Shown in pieces: positions 1-12,454 of a stretch of DNA of 64,000 bases. The DNA lies in contig CM059432.1 of NCBI GenBank assembly GCA_030390025.1, positions 145,888,001 through 145,952,000 of the forward strand, given 5' to 3'. The stretch comes from Squalus acanthias. Its lineage: Eukaryota. The notes below the pieces were generated by a model. That model was not told the DNA's origin and did no database searches. It worked only from the letters and a program-made list of their open reading frames with translations. The first letter of the stretch is position 1; every line of letters starts with the position of its first letter. The position numbers and the translations under genes are program-made.

Positions 1-2180
1 ATGGTATGAGGCGCGAATTGGGTAGGATTGATTGGGGAATGTCACTCAAGGGGTTGACGGTGGATAGGCAATGGCAAACATTCAAAGACTGCATGGATGA
101 ACTACAGAATTTGTACATCCCAGTGTGGCACAAGAATAAAACAAAAAGGGTGACTCAACCGTGGCTAACAAGGGAAATTAGGGATAGCATAAGATCCAAG
201 GAGAGGGCATATAAATTGGCCAGAAAAAGCGGTAGCCCTGAGGATTGGGAGCAGTTTAGGATTCAACAAAGGAGGACAAAGGGATTAATTAAGAAGGGGA
301 AAATAGAATATGAAAGTAAGCTTGCTGGGAACATAAAAACTGACTGTAAGAGCTTTTATAGATATGTGAAGAGTAAAAGATTAGTGAAATCAAGTGTAGG
401 TCCCTTGCAGTCAGAAGCGGGGGAAGTTATAATGGGGAACAAAGAAATGGCAGCCCAATTAAATGCATATTTTGGTTCTGTCTTCACAAAGGAGGACACA
501 AATAACCTCCCAGAGATGTTGGAGAACATACGGTCTGATGAAAGGGAGGAACTGAAAGAAATCAGTATTTGCAGGGAAATGGTGTTAGGGAAATTGACGG
601 TATTGAAGGCCGATAAATCCCCAGGGCCTGATAATCTACATCCTAGGGTACTTAAGGAAGTGGCCCTAGAAATAGTAGATGCGTTGCTGATCATCTTCCA
701 ACATTCGATGGAATCTGGAACTGTACCCATGGATTGGAGGGTAGCTAATGTTACCCCACTATTCAAAAAGGGTGGTAGAGAGAAAGCGGGGAATTACAGT
801 AAGCCTGACATCGGTAGTGGGGAAAATGCTAGAGTCCATTATAAAGGATGTAATAGCTGAGCATTTGAAAAACAGTGACAGGATCGGACAAAGTCAACAT
901 GGATTTACAAAAGGTAAATCGTGCTTGACTAATCTACTGGAATTTTTTGAGGATGTAACTGGGAAAATAGATAAGGGAGAACCAGTAGATGTGGTGTATT
1001 TGGACTTTCAAAAGGCTTTCAATAAGGTCCCGCATAAGAGATTAGCGGGTAAAGTTAAGGCACATGGGATTGGGGGCAAGGTATTGACTTGGATAGAGAA
1101 CTGGTTGGCGGACAGAAAGCAGAGAGTAGGAATTAATGGGTCTTTTTCCGAGTGGCAAGCAGTGACTAGTGGGGTACCGCAGGGATCGGTCCTTGGACCC
1201 CAGCTATTCACAATATACATTAATGATCTAGATAAGGGAATTAAATGTAATATCTCCAAGTTTGCAGATGACACAAAGCTGGGTGGGAGTGTGTGCAGCG
1301 AGGAGGATAGCGAGAAACTCCAGGATGATCTGGACAGGTTGGGTGAGTGGGCAGAAGCGTGGCAGATGCAATATAATGTGGATAAGTGCGAGGTTATCCA
1401 CTTTGGTGTCAAAAACAGAAAGGCAGACTATTATCTGAATGGCAATAGATTGGGAGAAGGGGAAGTGCAACAAGACCTGGGTGTCCTTGTGCACCAGTCA
1501 CTGAAAGTAAGCATGCAGGTGCAGCAGGCGGTAAAGAAGGCAAATGGTATGTTGGCCTTCATAGGAACAGGGATGTCCTGCTGCAGTTGTACAGGGCCTT
1601 GGTGAGACCACACCTTGAGTACTGTGTGCAGTTTTGGTCGCCTTATCTGAGGAAGGATGTTCTTGCCATGGAAGGAGTTCAGCGAAGATTCACAAGGCTG
1701 ATACCTGGGATGGCAGGAATGACATATGAGGAGAGATTGGGTCGATTGGGCTTATACTCACTGGAGTATAGAAGAATGAGAGGGGATCTCATCGAAACAT
1801 ATAAAATTCTGACAGGTCTGGACAAACTAGATGCAGGAAGAATGTTCCCGATGGTCGGAGAGTCCAGAACCAGGGGTCATAATCTACGGATAACGGGTAA
1901 ACCATTTAGGACAGAAATGAGGAAGAATTTCTTCACCCAGAGAGTGGTGAACCTGTGGAATTCTCTACCACAGAAGGTAGTTGAGGCGAAGTCATTAAAT
2001 ATATTCAAGGATGAGTTAGATATATTTCTTAAAGCTAAAGGTATCAAGGGATATGGGGAGAAGGCAGGTACAGGGTACTGAGTTTAGATGATCAGCCATG
2101 ATCTCATCGAATGGTGGAGCAGGCTCGAGGGGCCGAATGGCCTACTCCTGCTCCTATCTTCTATGTTTCTATGTTTCTAT
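1..2180 (+). mobile_element. CR1-clade LINE (HER1-like), frameshifted ORF2 (RT) and 3' end; 5' part lies outside the window
   Basis: Overlapping ORFs 6-860, 748-1605 and 1587-2081 carry CR1 RT motifs (KSPGPD, QHGFTKGKSCLTNL, GVPQGSVLGP, FADDTKL, RPHLEYCVQFWSP). Ends in a (TTTCTATG)n-type tail at ~2160-2180. Confidence 0.93.
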
Positions 2181-2459
2181 GAAGGTAAATCAGTGTCCGA
2201 GCAGTGGGAGGCATTCAAGGAGATACTGATGGTTCAGAGCAAATACGTACCCCCAAAGAAAAAGGGTGGGCCTCCCAAATCTGGAGCCCCCTGGAAGTCA
2301 AGGGGTATACAGGGTAGGATAAGTCAAAAAAGGGAAGCTTATGGCAGATACCTAGAGCTAAATACTGCAGAAAGCCTTGAGGAGTATAGAAAGTGCAGGG
2401 GTGAAAATAAAAAGGAAATTAGGAAAGCAAAGAGAGGGCATGAAAACATATTGGCAAGT
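2181..2459 (+). mobile_element. CR1 ORF2 fragment (5' half of an element split by the LINE at 2460-5499)
   Basis: EQWEAFKE...EIRKAKRGHENILAS reading resumes at 5500 (K..KENPKMFNKYIKSKR); CAAGT is duplicated at 2455-2459 and 5500-5504. Confidence 0.8.
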
Positions 2460-5400
2460 TTTTTAAATTATTTTTTGGTACGTGGGCATTGCTGGCAAGG
2501 CTAGCATTTATTGCCCATCCCTAATTGACCTTGACAAGGTGGTGGTGAGCCGCCTTCTTGAACCGCTGCAGTCCGTGTGCTGAAGGTACTCCCATAGTGC
2601 TGTTAGGGAGTTCCAGGATTTTGACCCAGCGATGACGAAGGACCGGCAATGTATTTCCAAGTCAGGATGGTGTGTAACTTGGAGGTGGTGGTGTTCCCAT
2701 GCGCCTGCTGCTCTTGTCCTTCTAGGTGGTAGAGGTCGCGGGTTTGGGAGGTGCTGCCGAAGAAGCCTTGGCGAGTTGCTGCACTGCATCTTGTAGATGG
2801 TACACACTGCAGCCACGGTACGCCAGTGGTAGAGGGAATGAAGGTTTGAGGTGGTGGATGGGGTGCCAATCAAATGGGCTGCTTTGTCCTGGATAGTGTC
2901 GAGCTTCTTGAGTGTTGTTGGCACTGCACTGATCTAGGCAAGTGGAGAGTATTCCATCACACTCCCGACTTGTGCCTTGTAGATGGTGGAAAGGCTTTGG
3001 GGAGTCAGGAGTTGAAACACTCACCACAGAATACCCAGCCTCTGACCTGCTCTTGTAGCCACAATATTTATGTGGCTGGTCCAGTTAAGTTTCTGGTCAA
3101 TGGTGACCCCCAGGATGTTGATGGTGGGGGTTCCAGCTATGGTAATGTCGCTGAATGTCAAGGGGTGGTGGTTAGACTCTCTCTTGTTGGAGACAGTCAT
3201 TGTCTGGCACTTGTGTGGCACGAACATTACTTGCCACTTATCAGCCCAAGCCTGAACATTGTCCAGGTCATGCTGCATGTGGGCATAGACTGCTTCATTA
3301 TCTGAGGAGTTGTGAATGGAACTGAACACTGTGCAAGCATCAACGAACATCCCCATTTCTGACCTTATGATGGAGGGAAGGTCATTGATGAAGCAGCTGA
3401 AGATGGTTGCGCCTAGGACACTGCCCTGAGGAACTCCTGTAGTGATATCATTTTTGAGATGATTGGTCTCTAACATCCACAACCATCTTCCTTTTTATAG
3501 GTATGACTCCAGCCAGTGGAGAGTTTTCCCCGATTCCCATTGACTTCAATTTTACTAGGGTTCCTTGATGCAACACTCGTTCAAATGCTGCCTTGATATC
3601 AAGGGCAGTCACTCTCACCTCACCTCTGGAATTCAGCTCTTTTGTCCGTGTTTGGACCAAGGTCTGGAGCAGAGTGGTCCTGGTGGAACCCAAACTGAGC
3701 ATTGGTGAGCAGGTTATTGGTGAGCAAGTGCCGCTTGATAGCACTGTCGATGACACCTTCCATCATCTTGCTGATGATTGAGAGTAGACTGTCGACTGAA
3801 GGGGCAGTAATTGGCCGGATTGGATTTGTCCTACTTTTTGTGGGCAGGACATACCTGGGCAGTTTTCCACATTGTTGGATAGATGCCAGTGTTGTAGCTG
3901 TACTGAAAGAGCTTGGCTAGAGGCACGGCTAATTCTGGTGCACAAGTCTTCAGCACGATAGCCGGGACCCATAGCCTTTGCTGCATCCAGTGCACTCAGC
4001 CGTTTCTTGGTATCACATGGAGTGAATCAAATTGGCTGAAGACTGATATCTGTGATGGTAGGGATCTCAGGAGTAGGCAGGGATGGAATAATCCACTCGG
4101 CACTTCTGGCTGCAAACGCTTCAGCCTTGTCTTTTGCACTTGCGTGCTGGGCTCCACCATCATTGAGGATGGGGATGTTCATGGAGCCTCCTCCTCCCGT
4201 TAGCTTTTTAATTGTTCACCATCATTCACGACTGGATGTGGCAGGACTGCAGAGCTTTGATCTGATCCGTTGATTGTGGGATCGCTTAGCTTGGTGTACA
4301 GCATGCTGCTTCTCCTCTTTAGCATGCATGTAGTCCTGTGTTGCAGCTTCCCCAGGTTGGCACCTCATTTTTAGGTAGGCCTGGTGCTGCTCCTGGCATG
4401 CTCTTCTGCACTCCTCATTGAACCAGGGTCGGTCCCTTGACTTGCTGGTAATGGTAGATTGAGGGATATGCTAAGCCATGAGGTTACAGATTGTGGTGGA
4501 CTACAATTCTGCTGCTGCTGATGGCCCACAGTGCCTCATGGATGCCCAGTTTTGAGCTGCTATATCTGTTCTGAATCTATCCCATTTAGCCCGGTGGTAG
4601 TGCCACACAACACGATGTCCTCAGTGTGAAAGCGGGACTTTGTCTCCACAAGGACTGTGTGGTGGCCACTGCTACCAATAATGTCATGGACAGATGCATC
4701 TGCCACAGGTAGATTGACGTGGACGAGGTCAAGTAGATTTTTCCCTTGTCTTGGTTCTTTCATCACCTGCTGCAGGCCCACTCTGGCAGCTATGTTCTTC
4801 AGGACTCGGCCAGCTCGGTCAGTAGTGGTGCTACCGAGCCACTCTTGGTGATGGACATTGAAGTCCCCCACCCAGAGTACATTCTGTGCCCTTGCTACTC
4901 TCAGTGCTTCTTCCAAGTGGTGTTCAACATGGAGGAGTACTGATTCATCAGCTGAGGGAGGGCGGTTGATGGTAATCAGCAGGAGGTTTCCTTGCCCGTC
5001 AGACTACATGGGGTCCGGAGACAACGTTGAGTACTCCCAAGGCCACTCCCTCCCGACTGTAAACCACTGTCCCGCCACCTCTGGTGGGTCTGTCCTGCTG
5101 GTGGGACAGGACATACCCAGGGATGGTGATGGAAGAATCTGGGACATTGGCTGAACGGTTCTGTGAGTATGACTACATCAGGCTGCAGCATGACTCATCT
5201 GTGGGACAGTTCTCCCAATTTTTGCACAAGTCTCCAGATGTTAGTGAGGAGGATTTTGCAGGGTCGACTGGGCTGGGTGTGCCTTTGTCGTGTTTGAAGC
5301 CAGTGCTGAGGTCGATGCCGGGTGGTCCGTCTGGTTTTATTCTTACTGTTTCTCGTAGCTGTTTGGTACAACTGAGTGGCTCGCTAGACAATTTCAGAGG

Positions 5401-5499
5401 GCAGTTAAGAGTCAACCACGTCGCTGTGGGTCTGCAGTCACATATAGGCCAGACCAGGTAAGCACAGCAAATTTCCATCCCTAAAGGACATTAGTGAAC
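2460..5499 (-). mobile_element. Decayed non-LTR retrotransposon (CR1/L2 group, APE+RT; same family as 45793-49086), 5'-truncated
   Basis: Minus-strand ORF pieces QPDVVILTE, WVGDFNVHH, ALDIKAAF, GVPQGSVLG, GTPSTT..HSL..WRTVAAVCTIYK; colinear with 45793-49086; 5-bp CAAGT flanking duplication. Confidence 0.88.
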
Positions 5500-6584
5500 C
5501 AAGTAAAACCAAGGAAAACCCAAAGATGTTTAATAAATACATAAAGAGCAAGAGGATAACTAAAGAGAGAGTAGGGCCTATTAGAAACCAAACAGATAAC
5601 CTGTGTCTTGAGGTGGAAGACTTGGGCATAGTTCTTAATGAATACTTTGCGCCTGTCTTCACAAAAGTGAGGGACGATGCAGAAATTGTAGTTAAGGAGG
5701 AGGAAAGAGAAATATTAGATGAAATAAACATAGAAAGAGAGGAAATATGAAGCGGTTTAGCATCTTTGAAAGTAGATAAATTGCCAGGCCCAGATAAACT
5801 GTGTCCCAGGTTGTTAAGAGAAGCAAGGGAGGAAATAGAGTCTCTGACCATTTTCCAATCCTCTCTGGCTACAGGTGTGGTGCCGGAGGACTGCTAATGT
5901 TGTACTGTTGTTTAAAAAGGGAGAAAGGGATAGACCGAGTAATTACAGGCCAGTCAGCCTAACCTTGGTGGTGTGTAAATTACTGGAAAAAATTCTGAGG
6001 GACAGTATCAAATGTCATTTAGAAAGGCACGGATTAATCAAGGACAGTCAGCATGGATTTGTTTCGGGAAGATCGTGTCTGACTAGCTTGATTGAGTATT
6101 TTAAGGAGGTAACAAGGAGATTCGACGAGGGTAGCGCATTTGATGTGGTCTACATGAATTTTAGCAAGCCTTTTGACAAGGTCCCACATGGCAGACTGGT
6201 CAGAAAAGTAAAAGCCCCTGGGATCCAAGGGAAAGTGGCAAGATGGATCCAAAATTGGCTACGTGGCAGGAAGCAAAGGGTAATGGTCGACGGGTGTTTT
6301 TGTGACTGGAAGACTGTTTCCAGTGGGGTTAAAGGAGAGTTGAGAACGTTTTTCACCCAGAGGGTGGTGGGTGTCTGGAACTCACTGCCTGAAAAGATGG
6401 TAGATGCAGAAATCCTTATCGCATTTAAAATGTACTTGGATATGCACTTGAAGTGCCGTAACCTACAGGGCTACAGACCAAGAGCTGGAAAGTGGGATTA
6501 GGCTGGCTAGCTCTTTCGGCCGGCACAGACACAATGGGCCGAATGGCCTCTTTCTGTGCCGTAAATTTCTATGATTCTATGATT
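5500..6584 (+). mobile_element. CR1 ORF2 remainder with a large internal deletion (~6330) and 3' tail
   Basis: NYRPVSLT, QHGFVSGRSCLT; TVSSGV is fused directly to KGELRTFFTQRVVGVWNSLP; (ATTCTATG)n tail at ~6566-6584. Confidence 0.88.
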
Positions 6585-6689
6585 ATCACACTTATTTACT
6601 TCAACATTTCTGTTTTATTTATATCAGATATATTATTCATTCTTATACTATTATCTGAACTTGGACTATTTATAACTTTTTCTTTAAAT

Positions 6690-7990
6690 TAGTTTATGGG
6701 ATGTGGGTGCCTCTGGCAAGGCCAGCATTTATTGCCCATCCCTAATTGCTCGAGAAGGTGGTGGCAAGCCGCCTTCTTGAACCGCTGCAGTCCGTGTGGT
6801 GAAGGTGCTCCCACAGCGCTGTTAGGGAGGGAGTTCCAGGATTTTGACCCAGCGACGACGAAGGATCGGCGATATATTTCCAAGTCAGGATGGTGCGTGA
6901 CTTGGAGGGGAACTTGGAGGTGGTGGTGTTCCCGTGCGCCCGCTGCCCTTGTCCTTCTAGATGGTAGAGGTCGCGGGTTTGGGAGGTGCTGCCGAAGAAG
7001 CCTTGGCGAGTTGCTGCACTGCATCTTGTAGATGGTACACACTGCAGCCACAGTGCGCCGGTGGTGGAGGGAATGAATGTTTAAGGTGGTGGATGGGGTG
7101 CCAATCAAGCGGGCTGCTTTGTCCTGGATGGTGTCGAGCTTCTTGAGTGTTGTTGGCGCTGCACTCATCTAGGCAGGTAGAGAGTATTCCATCACACTCC
7201 TGACTTGTGCCTTGCAGATGGTGGAAAGGCTTTGGGGAGTCAGGAGTTGAAACACTCACCGCAGAATACCCAGCCTCTGACCTGCTCTTGTAGCCACAGT
7301 ATTTGTGTGGCTGGTCCAGTTACGTTTCTGGTCAATTGTGACCCCCAGGATGTTGATGGTGGGGGTTTCGGCGATGGTAATGTCGCTGAATGTCAAGGGG
7401 TGGTGGTTAGACTCTCTCTTGTTGGAGACAGTCATTGCCTGGCACTTGTGTGGCGCGAACGTTACTTGCCACTCATCAGCTCAAGCCTGATGTCACCTTC
7501 CATCATCTTGCCGATGATTGAGAGTAGACTGAAGGGGCAGTAATTGGCCGGATTAGATTTGTCCTACTTTTTGTGGGCAGGACATACCTGGGCAGTTTTC
7601 CACATTGTCGGATAGATGCCAGTGTTGTAGCTGTACTGAAAGAGCTTGGCTAGAGGCACGGCTAATTCTGGTGCACAAGTCTTCAGCACGACAGTCGGGA
7701 TGTTGTCTGGACCCATAGCCTTTGCTGTATCCAGTGCACTCAGCCGTTTCTTGGTATCACGTGGAGTGAATCAAATTGGCTGAAGACTGGTAGCTGTGAT
7801 GGTGGGGATCTCAGGAGTAGGTAGAGATGGATAATCCACTCGGCACTTCTGGCTGAAGGTAGTTGCAAACGCTTCAGCCTTGTCTTTTGCACTTGCGTGG
7901 TGGAGGCAGTGAATGTTTAAGGTGGTGGATGGGGTGCCAATCAAGCGGGCTGCTTTGTCCTGGATGGTGTCGAGCTTTTTGAGTGTTGTT
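6690..7990 (-). mobile_element. Rearranged 3' fragments of the same tRNA-headed LINE family
   Basis: ORF 6689-7168 (AARLIGTPSTTLNIHSLHHRRTVAAVCTIYK); deletion junction ~7490; the ~7062-7152 segment recurs at ~7898-7990. Confidence 0.85.
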
Positions 7991-8059
7991 GAGTTTTGCA
8001 CTGTGAACTTTGCTCTCATCCCTAGGTCATCAGTTTTACCATTATTATTAGCTGAATCC

Positions 8060-8640
8060 TCTCCTCTCTCCCCCCAACCCCCCACCTTAAAGTCCTTTCT
8101 ACTGCCCTATTTATCCTTTCGGCTAGGACCTTGGTCTCTGCCCAGTTCAGGTGCAGCATGTCCCAGCGGTATAGCTCCTTCCTGTCTCAGTACTGGTGCC
8201 AGTGTCCCATGAAATGGAACCGCTCCTTCCCACACCAGTCTTCCTGATCTGTTGTCCCTATGCCAATTAGCAAGTGGCTCAAGTCGAAGTCCTGCTTTTT
8301 AACTTCGCTCCTGATACTCTCTTAGCAGGATCTCCTCCCTCTTCTTCCCTATGTCGTTGGTCTCGACATGGACCATGCCAACTGGATCTTCACTCTCCCT
8401 TTCTAGCCGCTTCAATATCCTTTACCCTGGCACCAGGTAAGGTACACACCCTTTGGACTCTCGATCGTGACTGCAGAGGATGCTATCTATTCCCCTACAG
8501 CTACAACCTTTCTATTCTGTTCCTCCCCACCCCACTCGCTCCTGCTCCATGGTACCTTGGTCAACATTGCAGCTGCCCTTCCCACAGCCTTACTCCTAAT
8601 CCTCACAGGTAACAAATATATTGCACCCGTTGGAGGGGAC
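8060..8640 (-). mobile_element. Degenerate CR1 ORF1 (SGNH/GDSL esterase-like) remnant
   Basis: Minus strand reads in pieces CTLPGARVKDI...PVGMVHVETNDIGKKREEILLREYQ...KLKSRT, resembling the ORF1 at 32962-33310. Confidence 0.6.
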
Positions 8641-9363
8641 CAGATTCTGCAGTTCCTCCTTCCCTGCCTCCCCTAGATTCCCTTTACCCTACTGACTGTC
8701 AGTTACACCCTCCTCTTCCTGTACCTGTATCTCTCTACTTGGTGAGAGTTTGTGGATATGAGTGATCAGAATGGCTGCTGCATTTGAATAATTAAAAGTC
8801 GCTACACTTCAAAATAAAATTATCCAATGAAGCACTTTTAATATGAAAGGCTCTGCATAAATCCAAGTGTTCGTGTTGACATCAGAATGTGTTCATTTAA
8901 GAATAGCAGTAATACTATTGCAGATGGGGAGTAGTGCAAGAATTCTATACATTTGATTTGGATACAACTAAATAATTCACGTTTACTAGGAACTCCTTCT
9001 ACAGCAAACAGAGTAATTTTGCCAATTCATTTCCTCTATTCTACCTACCCCCCGGCACATCAATAAATTCTAACATTCCTCTGGTCATGAATTATCCTGG
9101 TCCTCATATAAAAACAGGTGCCTGGTTTCAGAGCAGAAGCTATCTTGGATCTCTGTTAAGTTTCCAGGCAACAAAACACTGTTGAGGGAATCAGGTCACT
9201 ACTCTGGCACTCACTCCAAAGGATAAGTTACTGCGTTCTGACCTGTGACTAAGTGCCTGAGCGTCACTAGAGCCAATCAGAAACACAGCGTCCTCGATTT
9301 CCCAATACACACTCGTGGCGGGCCTAGTGTCGCACTGCCTTGGAAAATCTACCTAATGCCTGC

Positions 9364-10115
9364 ATAGAATCATAGAAAGTTACAGCACGGAAGGAGGCCA
9401 TTTCAGCCCATCGTGTCCGCGCCAGCCAACAAAGAGTTACCCAGCCTAATCCCACTTCCCAGCTCTTGGTCCGTAGCCCTGCAGGTTACAGCATCCCAAG
9501 TGCACATCTAAGTACTTTTTAAATGTGGTTAGGGTTCCTGCCTCGACCACCCTTTCAGGCAGTGAGTTCCAGACCCCCACAACCCTCTGGGTGAAAAAGT
9601 TTCCCCTCAAATCCCCTCTAAACCTTCCACCAATTACTTTAAATCTGTGGCCCCTGGTTTTTGACCCCTCTGCTAAGGGAAATAGGTCCTTTCTATCCAC
9701 TTTATCTAGGCCCCTCAATTTTATACACCTCAATAAGGTCTCCCTCCTCAGCCTCCTCTGTTCCAAGGAAAACAAACCCAGCATATCCAGTCTTTCCTCA
9801 TAGCTAAGATTCTCTACTCCTGGTAACATCCTTGTAAATCTCCTCTGTACCCTCTCTAGTGCAAATACATCTTTCCTGTAATGTGGTGACCAGAACTGCA
9901 TGCAGTACTCTAGCTGAGGCCTAACTAGTGTTTCATACAGTTGAAGCATAACCCCCCTGCTCTTGTATTCTATGCCACGGCTAATAAAGGCAAGCATTCC
10001 ATATGCCTTCTTAACCACCTTATCTACCTGTCCTGCTACCTTCAGGGATCTGTGGACATGCACTCCAAGGTCCCTTTGTTCCTCTACACTACTCAGTGTC
10101 CTACCATTTAATGTG
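9364..10115 (-). mobile_element. CR1 3' fragment
   Basis: ORF 9446-10063 (RPQLEYCMQFWSPHYRKD...FFTQRVVGVWNSLP); tail complement CATAGAATCATAGAA at ~9364. Confidence 0.9.
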
Positions 10116-10589
10116 ATGTGAAGGAGCCCATACTGCAGTGCAAACCTCAGACTGCTGCTATGATTGAGTCTTCAGGAATCATTCCCGATACCAATATAAA
10201 GCATCAAAAAAGATGATTCAGATCTTAACATTAACCCCCTGGAATTTTTAGAAGAGTAGATAATTACATGCATAAATATTTCATGTGATTTACCTTCAAT
10301 GTGTATTTTCTTGCAAATTAGTACTTGAAAGGTTCTTCAGTAAAATCCAAATCCAGAAAATAATTTTGTTCCCGAGGTCAGGACATTAATGATGCTGATC
10401 CCCATAAAACACACACGCCACACACTGATACACAGGCAGTTCGTTTCCACGCCAACTGGTAGCTCCTTTGTTTGGGCTCAGTTCTGCACAAACTTTTGAA
10501 ACTTTAAAGTACTTGATCAAAAAGTTCCAACTGCATGAAATCTCCCATCTTGACCATAAATCAGTAAACAGTAGAGCCTCTGAAAGGTA

Positions 10590-10960
10590 CTGATGGGGAA
10601 GTGGTAAAGGGCAACCAGGAAATGGCTGAACAATTTCTTTGTATCAATATATACATGAGAAGATGCTGATTCACACCCAGAAGTGAGGGCTGACACACTG
10701 GGAAATAAGGAGAAAATGTTAAAAGTTGTAATTACTGATAAGGAAGTGACAGAAATATTGAAGGTACTAAAAGAGAATAAGGCCCAGGACAGATGGCCTG
10801 CACACATAGGTACATAAGGAAATAGCCGATGAAATTGTTCATGTTGTTGGCGGTGATCAGTAGAATCCAGAGTTTTCGGATTGGAAAATGGGGAAAATAA
10901 CAGCCATCTTTAAAAAAAAAAAGGGCAAAAGGAAGTTTCTGGAAATTACAGGCTGCGGAG
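10590..10960 (+). mobile_element. Highly degenerate CR1 ORF2 fragment
   Basis: Remnants such as EVVKGNQEMAEQF and LKVLKENKAQDRW, plus a GNYR-like stretch, match the CR1 pre-RT region. Confidence 0.45.
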
Positions 10961-11609
10961 CCTGACAGAAACGGGCAAAGAATGCTGAAATGTGCCATAC
11001 CTCCCGCCCCAGGGTAAGATGTTAGCAGGAGCCCCACGCTCACTTGCAAAGACCAGACATTCCTCACTAGGTAGACCACCATGTCTGCCAACCCTCCCAG
11101 ATCCTAGGAGCCCACATGCTGCCAGCCTGACCGCTTCAACACAGCAAGCTCTCTGCCTCAGCCGGAGTTTCTTCAGGTGTGGGGGAACCCCAGATCGCGT
11201 GCAACTCGGGCAATAACTTCACACTTAATAAAAATCACACTTCTGCGACCCTGCCACAAGCAAAATGTTCCAAGCTGAGCTCTGGCCACAGGTACTTCTG
11301 TGGTCAGCCACAACCTCCAAATGTGAGCAAATTTGCTCAATATGTAATGGAAGCCCTTCACCAGGATACCATGCACCAGCATGAAAGAGCAGAAAAGCTT
11401 ACTGGAACCCCCTTAGACGCGTCCCGCTCACCGTGGCTGGATGAAAGTACGGAGTCAATCTATCGACATGAGCAACCACGGCCGTCTCATACCTCACGAG
11501 ATCAGGTGGCCTCCCAGTTTAGGTCACAGGATTTGAGAGAAGCACTGGTTTCCTGGTGGCCTGCGTCGCCACATTTTAAATAATCTCATTGATTGAGAGA
11601 CCTGGGGGG

Positions 11610-12270
11610 GGAGGGGGTATATGTACACAAGTCTTTGAAGGTGGCAGGATAAGTTGAGAAAGCTGTTAAGGGATCCTTTGCTTTTGTACTCTATGCCTCT
11701 ATTTATAAAGCCAAGAAGTTATGCCAATCTTTATTAAAAAAAAACACTGGTTAGGAACCAGATTATTGTGGCCAATTCTGGGCACCACACTTTAGGGAGG
11801 ATGTCAAGGCCTTAGAGAGGGTGCAGAGGAGATTTACTAGAATGGTACCAGGGATGCGGGAGTTCAGTTACGTGGAGAGACTGGAGAAGCTGGGGTTGTT
11901 CTCCTTAGAGCAGAGAGGATTAAGGGAGATTTGATAGAGATGTTCAAAATCATGAAGGGCTTTGATAGAGTAAATAAGGAGAAACTGTTTCCACTGGCAG
12001 AAGGGTAAGTAACCAGTGGACACAGATTTAAGATAATTGTCAAAAGAACCAGAGGCAACATGAGGGAAAACAAAATTACTCAGCGAGTTATGATGATCTG
12101 GAATGCACTGCCTGAAAGGGTGGTGGAAGCAGATTCAATAATAACTTTCAAAAGGGAATTGGATCAATACCTGAAGGGAATATTTACAGGGCTATGGGGA
12201 AAGAGGGGAGAGGACTAATTGGTAGCTCTTTCAAAGAGCACAATGGGCCAAATGGCCTCCTTCTGTGTTG
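11610..12270 (+). mobile_element. CR1 3' fragment
   Basis: QFWAPHFREDVKALERVQRRFTRMVPGM...IWNALPERVVEADS; CR1 3' UTR hairpin ATGGGCCAAATGGCCT. Confidence 0.85.
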
Positions 12271-12450
12271 TGGGATTTTTTACATCTACCTGAAGGGGCA
12301 GACAGGGCCTCGGTTTAACATCTCATCCGAAAGACGGCAGCTCCAACAGTGTAGTGCTCCCTCAGTGTTGCACTGAAGTGTCAGTCTAGATTATGTACTC
12401 AAGTCTCTGGAGTGGGACTCGACCCTACAACCTTCTGACTCAGAGGAGAG
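12271..12450 (-). mobile_element. DeuSINE/SacSINE1-like SINE fragment (5' half)
   Basis: Close match to 21716-21890 (GGGCCTCGGTTTAACATCTCATCCGAAAGAC...CAACCTTCTGACTCAGAGG). Confidence 0.8.
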
Positions 12451-12454
12451 ATAT

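Noticed and set aside
10990..11600. ORF 11179-11583 and a TGGCGACG PBS-like motif on the minus strand
   Set aside because: No recognisable domain, LTR or gag/pol sequence nearby.
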